Of a DNA stretch of 64,000 nt, positions 47,633 to 57,878 are shown piece after piece. Within the stretch, counting starts at the first letter, position 1. Each line of letters begins with the position of its first letter. The DNA is from Obrimoposthia wandeli (taxonomy: Eukaryota). The notes below the pieces were generated by a model. The model was not told where the DNA came from and did no database searches. It saw nothing but the letters and a program-made list of their open reading frames with translations. The stretch is from contig CDROCS010000253.1 of the NCBI GenBank assembly GCA_977020255.1, positions 1,984,001-2,048,000 of the forward strand, written 5' to 3'. The translations under genes and the position numbers were made by a program.

Positions 47633-48808
47633 ATGAAGATTACTCACGTTGAAGTTTTTGATATCCATTGCCCTAAGCGCATTGGTTGGAACCCTATTTT
47701 TGTACGTATACATACTGATGAAGGCATTAGTGGTGTTGGTGAGGCTGGGTTAGCTTATGACTGGGGTCATAGCGCCGCCGCCGCCATGATTAAAGAAATC
47801 AGTGAGGCGGTACTTATTGGTTTTAATCCGTTTAATACTGAACTTTTGTGGTCTCGCATGTTACGTGAAAGTTTTTGGGGCTTAGGCGGCGGACCTGTTT
47901 TATATTCAGCGATGAGCGCTATTGATACCGCACTTTGGGATATTAAAGGCAAAGCATTAGGTGTACCGGTTTATCAGTTACTTGGCGGTAAGGTTAATGA
48001 TAAATTACGCACTTATGCTAGCCAACTTCAGTTTGATTGGGACACTGAAATTAAAAAGCTTATTGAGCCTGAGCAATATGCGGAAGCGGCATTAAAAGCG
48101 GTTGCACAAGGTTATGATGCCGTTAAAGTTGACCCAATCGTATATAACGGTGATGGCAGTTCTTCTTTTGATAGAACAAAACTATTTACCAAACCGCAAA
48201 TGCGTTTATTTGGTAACAGATTACGTGCTATTCGTGATGCTGTTGGTGAAGATGTTGACATTATTTTTGAATCACATTCACTAATGGGTGCTGCCTCAGC
48301 AATACAAATGGGTAGAATCGTCGAAGAAGTCGGTTGTATGATGTACGAAGAGCCGGTTAACTATTTAAATCCAGCAGTACATAAAAAAGTATCTGATAAC
48401 GTTAATGTTCCCATTGCTGGTGGTGAGCGTTTGTATCATCGTTGGGATGTTAGACCTTACTTTGAAGATCAAAGTATTGATGTATTACAGCCTGATGTTG
48501 GTTTATGTGGCGGTTTTACTGAATCGAAAAAAGTTTGTGACTATGCAGATGTTTATGATATTCGTATACAAGCACACGTCTGTGGTGGTCCTGTTGCAAC
48601 AGCAGCCTCATTGCATTTAGAAACAGCTATTCCGAATTTCTTAATTCATGAACACCATACTTATGCGATTAAAGACTGGAACCGCGAGTTGTGTTTACAA
48701 GACCCACAACCAGTAGATGGTTTTTTTCAAGTAACAGAAGTACCGGGTATTGGTATTGAACTGAATGATGCTATAGTGAAAAAATCGCCAAATGTGACCA
48801 TTAAGTAG
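47633..48808 (+). CDS. Mandelate racemase/enolase superfamily enzyme, probable acid-sugar dehydratase
   Basis: TDEGISGVGE, SAIDTALWDIKGKALGVPVYQLLGG, KVD, metal ligands in FESH, YEEP and GGER, QAH. Confidence 0.9.
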   Translation: MKITHVEVFDIHCPKRIGWNPIFVRIHTDEGISGVGEAGLAYDWGHSAAAAMIKEISEAVLIGFNPFNTELLWSRMLRESFWGLGGGPVLYSAMSAIDTALWDIKGKALGVPVYQLLGGKVNDKLRTYASQLQFDWDTEIKKLIEPEQYAEAALKAVAQGYDAVKVDPIVYNGDGSSSFDRTKLFTKPQMRLFGNRLRAIRDAVGEDVDIIFESHSLMGAASAIQMGRIVEEVGCMMYEEPVNYLNPAVHKKVSDNVNVPIAGGERLYHRWDVRPYFEDQSIDVLQPDVGLCGGFTESKKVCDYADVYDIRIQAHVCGGPVATAASLHLETAIPNFLIHEHHTYAIKDWNRELCLQDPQPVDGFFQVTEVPGIGIELNDAIVKKSPNVTIK

Positions 48809-48844
48809 ATACCTAAAGCTTTACCTCTTTTAACTATTTTAGGT

Positions 48845-49801
48845 TTAGCTTTTTTCATTATAAATTTTATAAATAGTAAGCGCATTATTATACAGTAATG
48901 CGCTTTTTTCATTTTCACTACACTGCTTTATCACTGAAGATTCAAGAATATCCTGCCAATAGCTGCCGTAGCTTTTATGACTTAGCCTATTAGCTGCTCC
49001 TTTACCGAGTAAGCACAACGGGAAATTGCTGGCTAGCATCACGCGCTCAATTGAAAATGTGTTGAGACAAAAGCGTGTTACTTCACTAAACCACGACATT
49101 TTATATTCTCGGTCTATCATTTCCCATCCTGAACATTTAATAAATACATTCGGATATTTTGCCAGTTCTTGAATGTTTTTCCCCCATAAACGAAAAGCGT
49201 GGCTAGATATATCTGCAGGAGGGAAACCCGCATGATTGATGATAAAACGCAGTTGGCTATTATTGGTGATAGTTTGCATTAACAGCGGCATAACGTTAAT
49301 TGCACTTTCATCAGCCAAGGATAATTGCAGTTCAAAAATAAAGTCAGTGACCTCATTCAGGTTGGCAAAATTTTGTTGTGCGTTTTTATTTGTTAAAATA
49401 GTACTCGCTTGGTCATCTAAAATATGGCGAGCGCCAATTAAACTCTGATACTGCTGCAACCTTAGTAATGATGCTTGAAAGTGCTCAGGTGGCGATAATA
49501 AATCGATGCTGGCGATAGTTCTATGCTTTTGACAAGGTAAACTTTCAATGGCTAAGTCACTAAGGTATTCGAGTTCTCGCCAAGGCTGAGCATTATCAAA
49601 ACCCGCTTCAATATGAACAAAACCAGCCAGTCTTATTTTATTACTTACTTGTAAGGCATTATTTAACGCTTCGACAGTATAGTCTTTTTGGATTAGTGAC
49701 TTATCTGGCCAAAATGGCGGGTTCTGTGTTTTAAGCCAATGGTAATCCCCAAGTGAGCGATTAAATAAATGCAAATGTGGATCAATAATATTAACGGTCA
49801 T
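48845..49801 (-). CDS. Amidohydrolase_2 family protein, sugar-lactonase-like
   Basis: IIDPHLHL, FVHIEAG, INHAGFP, IKCSG, MLASNFP. Confidence 0.85.
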   Translation of the reverse strand: MTVNIIDPHLHLFNRSLGDYHWLKTQNPPFWPDKSLIQKDYTVEALNNALQVSNKIRLAGFVHIEAGFDNAQPWRELEYLSDLAIESLPCQKHRTIASIDLLSPPEHFQASLLRLQQYQSLIGARHILDDQASTILTNKNAQQNFANLNEVTDFIFELQLSLADESAINVMPLLMQTITNNSQLRFIINHAGFPPADISSHAFRLWGKNIQELAKYPNVFIKCSGWEMIDREYKMSWFSEVTRFCLNTFSIERVMLASNFPLCLLGKGAANRLSHKSYGSYWQDILESSVIKQCSENEKSALLYNNALTIYKIYNEKS

Positions 49802-49854
49802 AGTATCTAATTTCGACTATTTCAATGCTAAAAGTGTTTAAGTTCAAGTAAAGA

Positions 49855-50595
49855 CTATTGCGCGGTATAACCACCATCAATCACTTGTAAACTACCGGTG
49901 ATAAACTTAGCCTTATCTGAAGCTAAAAATAGTACTAACTCAGCGACTTCTTCTGGCTGTCCTAAACGTTGTAACGGCTGTAGTTTTTCTTCATCTTGAT
50001 GCACTTCGTTTTTATCAGCACCTGACTTTTGACAGTAGTTATCAATGGCTTTGTGATATAGCGGTGTTTCAATAGTACCAGGGCAAACGGCATTAGCACG
50101 AATATTAAAAGCCGCGTAATCAAGCGCTGTTGTTTTAGCAATTGAGGCGAGGGCACTTTTACTTAAGTTATAAGCAAATGAATTGTGTTTAGCGATTAAT
50201 GCTTGATCAGAAGCCATCAAAAGAATGGCGCCATTTTTGTTAGCTTTCATCGAAGGTAATACTGCCTTGATCGCAGCATAAGCACCCTTAACATTAATGT
50301 TAAAAACGTTATCTAAATCAGCTTCACTGGTATTTTCAATAGTGGCCGAGAAGTGGATGCCCGCATTTGAGATTAAAACGTCAATGGTGTGTTGCTTAGC
50401 AATCTCATTAATTATCTCGGTTACTTGGCTAACGTTGGTGACATCACATTGGCGGTACTCACTTTTGAAGTCAACACCTATCGTTGAGGGAGATAAATCT
50501 AAATTAAAAACTTGGTAATCATTCTCGATGAATAATTTTACAATACTTAAACCAATACCAGAGCTTCCACCAGTGATTACACACACTTTTTTCAT
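49855..50595 (-). CDS. Short-chain dehydrogenase/reductase
   Basis: TGGSSGIG, SNAGI, YNLSK (YxxxK), NAVCPG, VIDGG. Confidence 0.93.
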   Translation of the reverse strand: MKKVCVITGGSSGIGLSIVKLFIENDYQVFNLDLSPSTIGVDFKSEYRQCDVTNVSQVTEIINEIAKQHTIDVLISNAGIHFSATIENTSEADLDNVFNINVKGAYAAIKAVLPSMKANKNGAILLMASDQALIAKHNSFAYNLSKSALASIAKTTALDYAAFNIRANAVCPGTIETPLYHKAIDNYCQKSGADKNEVHQDEEKLQPLQRLGQPEEVAELVLFLASDKAKFITGSLQVIDGGYTAQ

Positions 50596-50745
50596 AAAAT
50601 TTACTCAATTATCGCAATTATAATAAATGATACCTGTAAGCTTAGCCAAGTTCCATAAAGTTCAGTTAAGTTCCAATTACTTCTTTGTATAGTTTGCATG
50701 GTAATGAGTATATAATATTGGCAATTAGATTAATGAGGTTTTTCC

Positions 50746-51216
50746 ATGAGAGCTTGTGGCGTAGAAATTAAAAGTAATGATGCGATTATTTGTATCGTGT
50801 CAAAAGAAAACAACTTGTATGATATCCCTCATACTCGTGTACAAAAAATTAGCCTTGATAATGCGGGCGATGCCGAAGAAGTAAGAAAATTTCAGTTTGC
50901 TTTTGCAAAACTGATGGAAGATTACCAAGTGACTCATGTACAAATTAAAGGTCGTGCTTTAAAAGGTAAGTTTTCTGGCGGCCCTATTGGCTTTAAGATT
51001 GAAGCAGCTATTCAACTGATTGCTGAATTAGAAGTAGAAGTGTTATCAGGTACTTTTATTAAGAAAGAATTATCGAGAAGTCAAATAGATATCGATTTTC
51101 GTGATACTGGCTTAAAGCAATTTCAAGAGCAAGCGTTTACCACTGTTTTTGCTTATTTAGAAGCGCAAAATAACAGCTATAGAGTAGACTCTGAAGATCA
51201 TAATCAAGAAGATTAA
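50746..51216 (+). CDS. Conserved hypothetical protein, DUF3010-like
   Basis: MRACGVEIK start, FQFAFAKLMEDY, GKFSGGPIGFKIEAAIQL, FQEQAF. Confidence 0.72.
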   Translation: MRACGVEIKSNDAIICIVSKENNLYDIPHTRVQKISLDNAGDAEEVRKFQFAFAKLMEDYQVTHVQIKGRALKGKFSGGPIGFKIEAAIQLIAELEVEVLSGTFIKKELSRSQIDIDFRDTGLKQFQEQAFTTVFAYLEAQNNSYRVDSEDHNQED

Positions 51217-51294
51217 GTTTCATCGAGCGATGATCTCTACATTTATTATTTGATGTGAGTCTTTTAAATTAATTTTTTGAAATGACATAGACAT

Positions 51295-51332
51295 AAAAAG
51301 CTTAGTGATTAACGTCACTAAGCTTTTTTTTT
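51295..51332 (+). terminator. Intrinsic terminator
   Basis: AAAAAGCTTAGTGA-TTAACG-TCACTAAGCTTTTTTT. Confidence 0.85.
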
Positions 51333-51526
51333 GCTTACTTAAAATTATTTAACTCTCTCTTTAATCCTCTGCGTTGGAGGTGGTCGTATTTTTCACAAAT
51401 AAAACAATGGATTGAAAATAAAATATTGAAGGTGTGCTAGTCTTTTTAAATAACGTCTAGGGTAAAATGCGTGAAATATCACTCCTTTTTCTATTTATAC
51501 TTTAAAAAATGTGAATAACATGATTT

Positions 51527-51566
51527 AATCAAACAACTGTTTGAAAGGTCTGACCTCAGACCAGTT
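51527..51566 (+). promoter_or_regulatory. Adjacent PsrA-like and FadR-like operators upstream of the acyl-CoA dehydrogenase
   Basis: TCAAAC-AACT-GTTTGA (51529-51544; PsrA type), then AGGTC-T-GACCT and GACCAGTT (51546-51566; FadR consensus AACTGGTCnGACCAGTT). Confidence 0.65.
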
Positions 51567-51605
51567 CGTTTTTGTTAAACCAAAAGTTAACCATTGGAGA
51601 AAGTC

Positions 51606-53402
51606 ATGCCAGAGTATAAAGCACCGATCAGAGACATTAAGTTTGTTATGCAAGAGTTACTTAACTGCGATAATCATTATCAAAAACTAGGTTATGAAGA
51701 TGCTAGTTTAGATATGGTTGATGCCATTATTAGTGAAGCAGCAAAATTCACTGAGCAAGTTATTGCCCCTATCAATCAAAGTGGTGATGAACAAGGTTGT
51801 ACTTGGACAGATGGTGAAGTTACGACACCTGATGGCTTTAAAGAGGCTTATCAACAATATGTTGAAGGTGGTTGGCCAACATTGGCGCAAGATATAGAAT
51901 TTGGTGGTCAAGGTTTACCACACTCATTGAATACAGCGATTACGGAACTGTTCTCTAGCGCGAATCACAGTTTTGCTATGTACCCAGGTTTGAGTCATGG
52001 CGCATCAGCGACTATTGAAGCACATGGTAGTGAGCTGCAAAAAAGCCAGTTTATGCCTAAGTTAGTTGAAGGTAGCTGGACGGGCACCATGTGTCTAACT
52101 GAACCGCATTGTGGGACAGATTTAGGTATGTTGCGTACCAAAGCTGAGCTAAATGATGATGGTAGTTACTCGCTAACGGGTACTAAAATATTTATCTCTG
52201 CTGGAGAACATGATTTATCTGACAATATCGTTCATATTGTTATTGCAAGAATCCCAGGTTCACCTGAAGGCAGTAAAGGTATTTCACTATTTATAGTACC
52301 TAAGTTTAATATTACTGACGATGGCGCTGTTGGTGATCGTAATGCTGTTTCTTGTGGTTCAATTGAACATAAAATGGGTATTAATGCTAACGCAACGTGT
52401 GTTATTAACTTTGATGGCGCGAAAGGTTATTTAATCGGCGAAGTAAATCGTGGTTTAAATTGTATGTTTACCTTTATGAATGTTGCCCGTTTAGGTGTTG
52501 CTACTGAAGGTGTAGCAGCGGCAGAAGCATCATTTCAAGGCGCATTAGCTTACGCAAAAGATCGCCTACAAATGCGTTCTTTATCAGGTGTTAAGAATCC
52601 TGATGGTCCAGCAGATGCAATCATTGTCCATCCCGATGTACGTCGCATGTTGTTAACACAGAAATCTATTGCGGAAGGCGGTCGTGCACTGATTGCTTAT
52701 TTAGCTCAACTAGTAGATATCGGTCATGTTAGTACCTGTGAAGAAGAAAAAGCCGCGGCAGAAACTAAACTGGCTTTATTAACACCTATTGCCAAAGCTT
52801 TCCTTACAGAACTTGGTCTAGAGTGTACTAGTCATGGTGTACAAGTTTTTGGTGGTCATGGATTTATCAAAGAGTGGGGCATGGAACAACTAATGCGCGA
52901 TACAAAAATTAGTTGTTTGTATGAAGGCACTACTGGGATTCAAGCATTAGACTTATTAGCTCGAAAAATATTGGGCTCTAAAGGAAAAATCCTTAAACCT
53001 TTTGGTAGTGAAGTCACTAAGTTCTGTTTAGAAAATGCCGATGACGATGCCATGCAAGAGTTCATTCAACCTATCATGAGTTTTGGTGGCGATTGGCAAA
53101 AAATGACCGAGAAAGTGGGCGAAAAGGCAATGACAAATCCAGACGAAATTGGTGCGGCATCGGTTGATTACTTGATGTACTCAGGTTACTTAACGCTCGC
53201 TTACTTCTGGGCTAAAATGGCAAAGGTTGCACAAGATAAGCTTTTAGAAGGCAGTGATGAAGAAGCTTTCTATCAAGCAAAAATTAAAACCGCACGTTTT
53301 TACTTTGAACGTATATTACCACGTGCCAAAGGCCATGCCGCTTGTGTTGAAAATGGTGGTAAATCTATGATGGCACTTGATGCAGATGACTTTTCTTTCT
53401 AG
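51606..53402 (+). CDS. Acyl-CoA dehydrogenase, long (about 600 aa) family
   Basis: MPEYKAPIRD, GTMCLTEPHCGTDLG, GTKIFIS, EHKMGI, VFGGHGFI, YEGTTGIQALDL. Confidence 0.95.
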   Translation: MPEYKAPIRDIKFVMQELLNCDNHYQKLGYEDASLDMVDAIISEAAKFTEQVIAPINQSGDEQGCTWTDGEVTTPDGFKEAYQQYVEGGWPTLAQDIEFGGQGLPHSLNTAITELFSSANHSFAMYPGLSHGASATIEAHGSELQKSQFMPKLVEGSWTGTMCLTEPHCGTDLGMLRTKAELNDDGSYSLTGTKIFISAGEHDLSDNIVHIVIARIPGSPEGSKGISLFIVPKFNITDDGAVGDRNAVSCGSIEHKMGINANATCVINFDGAKGYLIGEVNRGLNCMFTFMNVARLGVATEGVAAAEASFQGALAYAKDRLQMRSLSGVKNPDGPADAIIVHPDVRRMLLTQKSIAEGGRALIAYLAQLVDIGHVSTCEEEKAAAETKLALLTPIAKAFLTELGLECTSHGVQVFGGHGFIKEWGMEQLMRDTKISCLYEGTTGIQALDLLARKILGSKGKILKPFGSEVTKFCLENADDDAMQEFIQPIMSFGGDWQKMTEKVGEKAMTNPDEIGAASVDYLMYSGYLTLAYFWAKMAKVAQDKLLEGSDEEAFYQAKIKTARFYFERILPRAKGHAACVENGGKSMMALDADDFSF

Positions 53403-53476
53403 GTTATTTGCTTGAAGGAGTTAGCCTTAGTTAATAGCTAACTTCTCTTTGCTGAATACTTTTTGTTAAGTTAATA

Positions 53477-53513
53477 AAAAGGCGCTTATCGAATTATTCG
53501 ATAAGCGCCTTTT
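53477..53513. terminator. Bidirectional terminator with perfect 17-bp stem
   Basis: AAAAGGCGCTTATCGAA-TTA-TTCGATAAGCGCCTTTT between convergent genes. Confidence 0.9.
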
Positions 53514-53547
53514 ATGTTTATTCATTTGATTATATTGTTTTAGGTTA

Positions 53548-55266
53548 TTACAGGCCTAATACTTTTTTACCCTGTTTAAAAACAATATCTACTGGAATTT
53601 TAGCCGCTTCTAAACTAGCTAAATCTGCGGCAAGTGTTTCACCAATAACGCCACTCTCTTTCACTAATTTATCAACACCTTGATAGTCACCATTACCTTG
53701 TAACGTTAATATCAGTTCAGATAAAGAATCTATTGCAGCGGTCATCTTATCAACATTAATGCTATATAAACCTTGTTCATTACGGGTGAAGGCACCTTTT
53801 TCTTGGAAGTAATTAAAACGAACCATATTAGCTTTGCCATGTGCTGAACTTGCACCAAAGCGAATTGAACGGAAAATACCAGCCATAAAGGTCGTGTAGT
53901 AATCCTCTAAAGTACCGTCAGTGATTGCGCCTTTATTAAGTAGCTGACGAATCATGTATAAGCCAAGAATGTCAGCTTTTCCTTCTTCTAATGCAGAGGC
54001 ATGTTCTTTTAATGCTTGGCGAACGGGACCTTGGCCATTCAGGGTGTTTTTAATGCCTAGACCATGGGCAACTTCATGAAACATGGTATTAGCAAAGAAA
54101 CCAGTGAATGTTACGTTTTTACGCTGTTCAGGCACTATAAGTGTGTTAGCGATAGGTAACATGATGGCATCAAACTTTGCACGCATGGCATTTTTCAATT
54201 GTAAACGCCTAGTACCTTTTTTTAGTTGTACTTCTTCGTCATTTGGTAAGTTGATGGCAATCGTTTTACTACCGGCATTTGAGTGACCAGCATAATAAAT
54301 AACATCATAAGCATTTAAGTCAGCGTCAGAGCCTGGCACTTCGGCTTTATACTTTTTTGGAACCGGTAGACCCTTTTGTAATTCAGGTAAAAACTGAGCG
54401 TATTTAGCAAGCTTTTCACTCCATGCTAAGTCTTTAATTAATACATATGATTCAAAAGCAGCGCGGTAACCATAAAGTTGGTCTTCATAGCTCTCAATAG
54501 GGCCTATAACTACATCAATAGGGTTATTCTTCATATCCATCCAAGCAAAGTCTGATGCTTGATATTCATCAGTGCGTAATGCTTGAGCACGCATAGTTAG
54601 ATAGTTAGCAAACTCTTTATCGTCGGCAAACGTTGCTGCCTCATCTAAAATTGCAGCTGCACGGTTCATTTTGTCATGATAAATTTCAGAGAAAGAAACA
54701 CTCATCAATTTACTTTCGTTATCACGACGAACAACGGAGTAAAGTCCCTTTTTATCGCTAAAGTCACTTTGCTCAAATTCTGCTTTAGTCATATCAGCAG
54801 GATAAAATTCAGCGCCGTGTGCTTTTGTCGTTGCTTGACTTAAAAACACTTTGTCGCCATTCAAACGATCCCAAGGACCATAGTTTATTTCAGCAAAGCG
54901 TCTTACGCTCTCATCACTAATACTGGCTAAAAAACTTTTTTTGTCTTGCGAAAAAGCTTGCTGCCAAAATAAGTCATCCATTATTTTAGAGGCATCAATA
55001 AGTAAAGCTAACATTTGTTTTTGGTTTGCAGATAAATGGCTTAAATCTGCTGTTAGGGTTACTTCTTTGTATATATTTAAGCGATTTTCAAAACCTTGAA
55101 GTAACTCAGGTTGACTTGTTTCATTCTTACTTGAAATGTTATCAACATTTTCTTTCGAGGTCTTTTTTTCTGTAGCATTATTTTCAGTGGCAGAGTTACA
55201 AGCGGTTAACGTTGCGCCTGCAAGTAATACCATGGCGGCTACTTTTGTTAGTTTTAGTGCTTTCAT
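53548..55266 (-). CDS. M49/DPP III-like zinc peptidase, lipoprotein
   Basis: Lipobox LTAC; INYGPWDRL, GPIESYED, AINLPND, FHEVAHGLG (HExxH), LEEGKAD. Confidence 0.85.
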   Translation of the reverse strand: MKALKLTKVAAMVLLAGATLTACNSATENNATEKKTSKENVDNISSKNETSQPELLQGFENRLNIYKEVTLTADLSHLSANQKQMLALLIDASKIMDDLFWQQAFSQDKKSFLASISDESVRRFAEINYGPWDRLNGDKVFLSQATTKAHGAEFYPADMTKAEFEQSDFSDKKGLYSVVRRDNESKLMSVSFSEIYHDKMNRAAAILDEAATFADDKEFANYLTMRAQALRTDEYQASDFAWMDMKNNPIDVVIGPIESYEDQLYGYRAAFESYVLIKDLAWSEKLAKYAQFLPELQKGLPVPKKYKAEVPGSDADLNAYDVIYYAGHSNAGSKTIAINLPNDEEVQLKKGTRRLQLKNAMRAKFDAIMLPIANTLIVPEQRKNVTFTGFFANTMFHEVAHGLGIKNTLNGQGPVRQALKEHASALEEGKADILGLYMIRQLLNKGAITDGTLEDYYTTFMAGIFRSIRFGASSAHGKANMVRFNYFQEKGAFTRNEQGLYSINVDKMTAAIDSLSELILTLQGNGDYQGVDKLVKESGVIGETLAADLASLEAAKIPVDIVFKQGKKVLGL

Positions 55267-55418
55267 AGGAGGTCTCTATAAATAATAGGTATAAAGACTA
55301 ACAAAAATGGAGGTGAGTGCAAGAGAGAAAGGAGTTTTTTATGCCATACCGACTGTAAAATTGACTATTTAATCTAAGAGAAATACTTAAATAGCTATTA
55401 ACAGTGAATTTCAGACAT

Positions 55419-55444
55419 AAAAAAACCGACCTAAGTCGGTTTTT
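55419..55444 (-). terminator. rpsT terminator
   Basis: AAAAAAACCGAC-CTAA-GTCGGTTTTT. Confidence 0.85.
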
Positions 55445-55508
55445 AAATGATTCATATAGATTAACTACATGAAGACCATTTCATAAAACAATACAGCTAA
55501 AGCAAAAA

Positions 55509-55769
55509 TTAAAGTGCTTTGATCGCTGCATTCAAACGGCTCTTACTACGAGCTGCTTTGTTTTTATGAATTAGACCTTTACTTGCGTAACGATCTAAAA
55601 TTGGTGTAGCAGCAGCAAATTCTTTCGCTGCAACTTCTTTGTCACCAGCTTCAATAGCTGATAGTACTTTTTTAAGTAAAGTACGCATCATTGAGCGACG
55701 ACTTGCGTTATGTTGACGGCGCTTTTCAGATTGTCCTGCGCGCTTCTTAGCTTGCTTTGAGTTAGCCAA
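55509..55769 (-). CDS. rpsT: 30S ribosomal protein S20
   Basis: [11 protein letters not shown]...[13 protein letters not shown]; TTG start. Confidence 0.98.
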   Translation of the reverse strand: MANSKQAKKRAGQSEKRRQHNASRRSMMRTLLKKVLSAIEAGDKEVAAKEFAAATPILDRYASKGLIHKNKAARSKSRLNAAIKAL

Positions 55770-56129
55770 GGTGATCTCCTAAAAGATTGATTATAAGCTT
55801 AAATTTAAGGCGACGAAATATGCCTTTTTTTTAGCTGATTGTCAAATTATTTAATTGTTTAATTTAATGTCTACGATAAAAAGTTAACGATAAAAAAGCA
55901 ATTAAAAAGAATATGGGTGATGTTTACGACTAAAAACTTGGCCGATAGAACAAAACATGTTGTGAACGAGCGCAAGTATACATTGTTTAAATAACTAAAA
56001 TCATCACATAATACACATTATTTTTTTTAGTCTTATTTTTACGTTATTTTCGTTTCATTTTAGCGTGACTAAATAACCACGTTTAGCGTGATTGAACAAC
56101 CAATACAAGCTTGCTATGGAGATGTGTTT

Positions 56130-57725
56130 TTGAGTAAAAAGTTAATTAAATCAGGGCTGATTGTTAGTGTTATGACATTGATTTCTCGGGTATTAGGTTT
56201 AATACGCGATGTGGTCATTGCTAATGTGATGGGATCGGGGGTGATGGCGGATGTATTTTTGTTTGCTAATAAAATTCCTAATTTTTTACGAAGACTCTTT
56301 GCAGAGGGAGCATTTGCACAAGCATTTGTTCCTGTATTAAGTGAATACCAGGTTAAGGATGAACAGCAAGGCGAAGAAAAAGGAGCACAAAATGATCACG
56401 AACAAACACGTTTATTAATCGGGCAAGTTTCCGGCACCTTAGGTGTAATTATCACCGGAGTCACGTTATTCGGTATGTTAGCATCCCCTTTGTTTGTGAT
56501 GCTTTTTGGCTTCGGTTGGTTTGTAGATTGGTATAATGACGCGCCAGGTGGAGAGAAATTTACGCTGGCAAGTAATTTACTTAGCATAACATTTCCCTAT
56601 TTATGGTTTATCAGTTTTGCTGCGCTTTCAGGTGCAGTACTCAATACTATGGGGCGATTTGCTGTCGCTGCATTTACGCCGGTGCTGCTCAATGTTGCCA
56701 TTATTAGTATGGCTATTTATGGTGCACCTTATACACAAAGTCCTGCCCACGCATTAGCTTGGGGGGTGTTTTTAGGTGGTCTCATACAATTTCTTTTTCA
56801 AATTCCTTTTTTGTACAAAGCGGGCATGTTAGTAAAACCGAAATGGTCTTGGCATAGTGAAGGCGTTAGCAAAATACGAAAGTTGATTGTACCTGCTTTA
56901 TTTGGTGTCTCAGTCACACAAATTAACTTATTACTTGATACCTTAATTGCCAGTTTTTTAATTACAGGCTCAATAAGTTGGCTGTACTATGCCGATAGAT
57001 TGCTCGAGTTTCCATTGGGTTTGTTTGGTATTGGCATTGCTACAGTGGTATTGCCCAGCTTAGCAAAATTGCATAGTAAAAATAATCCGGTGGAGTTTAG
57101 TGCGACTATTGATTGGGGAATTAGAGTTATTAGCCTGTTTGGCTGGCCAGCATTAGCCGGTTTAATGGTACTAGCACAACCTATTATTATGGTGTTATTC
57201 ATGCGAGGTGAGTTTAGTCAGCATGATGTTATGCAGGTGTCTATGGCATTATTTGCTTACCTATCAGGCTTGCTGAGTTTTATGTTTATCAAAATTTTAG
57301 CGCCGGGATATTACGCTCGTCAAGACACTAAAACACCAGTGAAAATTGGTATTAAAGCAATGGTCGCTAACATGGTTTTTAACTTAATGTTGGCACCATT
57401 CTTCGGTTATGTTGGGCTGGCAATAGCAACAACACTTTCTGCCACGCTAAATGCTTGGTTATTATATCGAGGCTTAAAAGCACAAGGTGTTTATCATTTA
57501 TCAGCTAAAACACTAATTTTTATTGGTAAATTGGTGTTTAGTGCTACTGTCATGGCGTTGGTTGTGTATCAATTATCAAGTGATTTTGACGTTTGGTTAG
57601 CAATGAGCTTTGCTGAACAAGTACAACAATTGATTGTCTGTATTCTCTTAGGCGTTGTGAGTTACCTAGCGATGATTCTTTTGTTAGGCATACGATTAAA
57701 TGACTTTACGATAGATAAAGCCTAA
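56130..57725 (+). CDS. murJ: Lipid II flippase MurJ (MviN)
   Basis: Likely TTG start at 56130; SRVLGLIRD, KIPNFLRRLFAEGAF, YADRLLEFPLG. Confidence 0.96.
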   Translation: MSKKLIKSGLIVSVMTLISRVLGLIRDVVIANVMGSGVMADVFLFANKIPNFLRRLFAEGAFAQAFVPVLSEYQVKDEQQGEEKGAQNDHEQTRLLIGQVSGTLGVIITGVTLFGMLASPLFVMLFGFGWFVDWYNDAPGGEKFTLASNLLSITFPYLWFISFAALSGAVLNTMGRFAVAAFTPVLLNVAIISMAIYGAPYTQSPAHALAWGVFLGGLIQFLFQIPFLYKAGMLVKPKWSWHSEGVSKIRKLIVPALFGVSVTQINLLLDTLIASFLITGSISWLYYADRLLEFPLGLFGIGIATVVLPSLAKLHSKNNPVEFSATIDWGIRVISLFGWPALAGLMVLAQPIIMVLFMRGEFSQHDVMQVSMALFAYLSGLLSFMFIKILAPGYYARQDTKTPVKIGIKAMVANMVFNLMLAPFFGYVGLAIATTLSATLNAWLLYRGLKAQGVYHLSAKTLIFIGKLVFSATVMALVVYQLSSDFDVWLAMSFAEQVQQLIVCILLGVVSYLAMILLLGIRLNDFTIDKA

Positions 57726-57878
57726 AAATAAGCGTAAATAAAGTGCTTGGACTACTGATTATTCGCGCGCGCTGTTATATAATTCGTCGATTTATTTTAA
57801 ACGAATGTCAAAGTTGAGGTTCGTCAGTGACTTATCTGAGTCATTTAGCGTGATAGTAAAAAGGCAGAATAATAGCTA

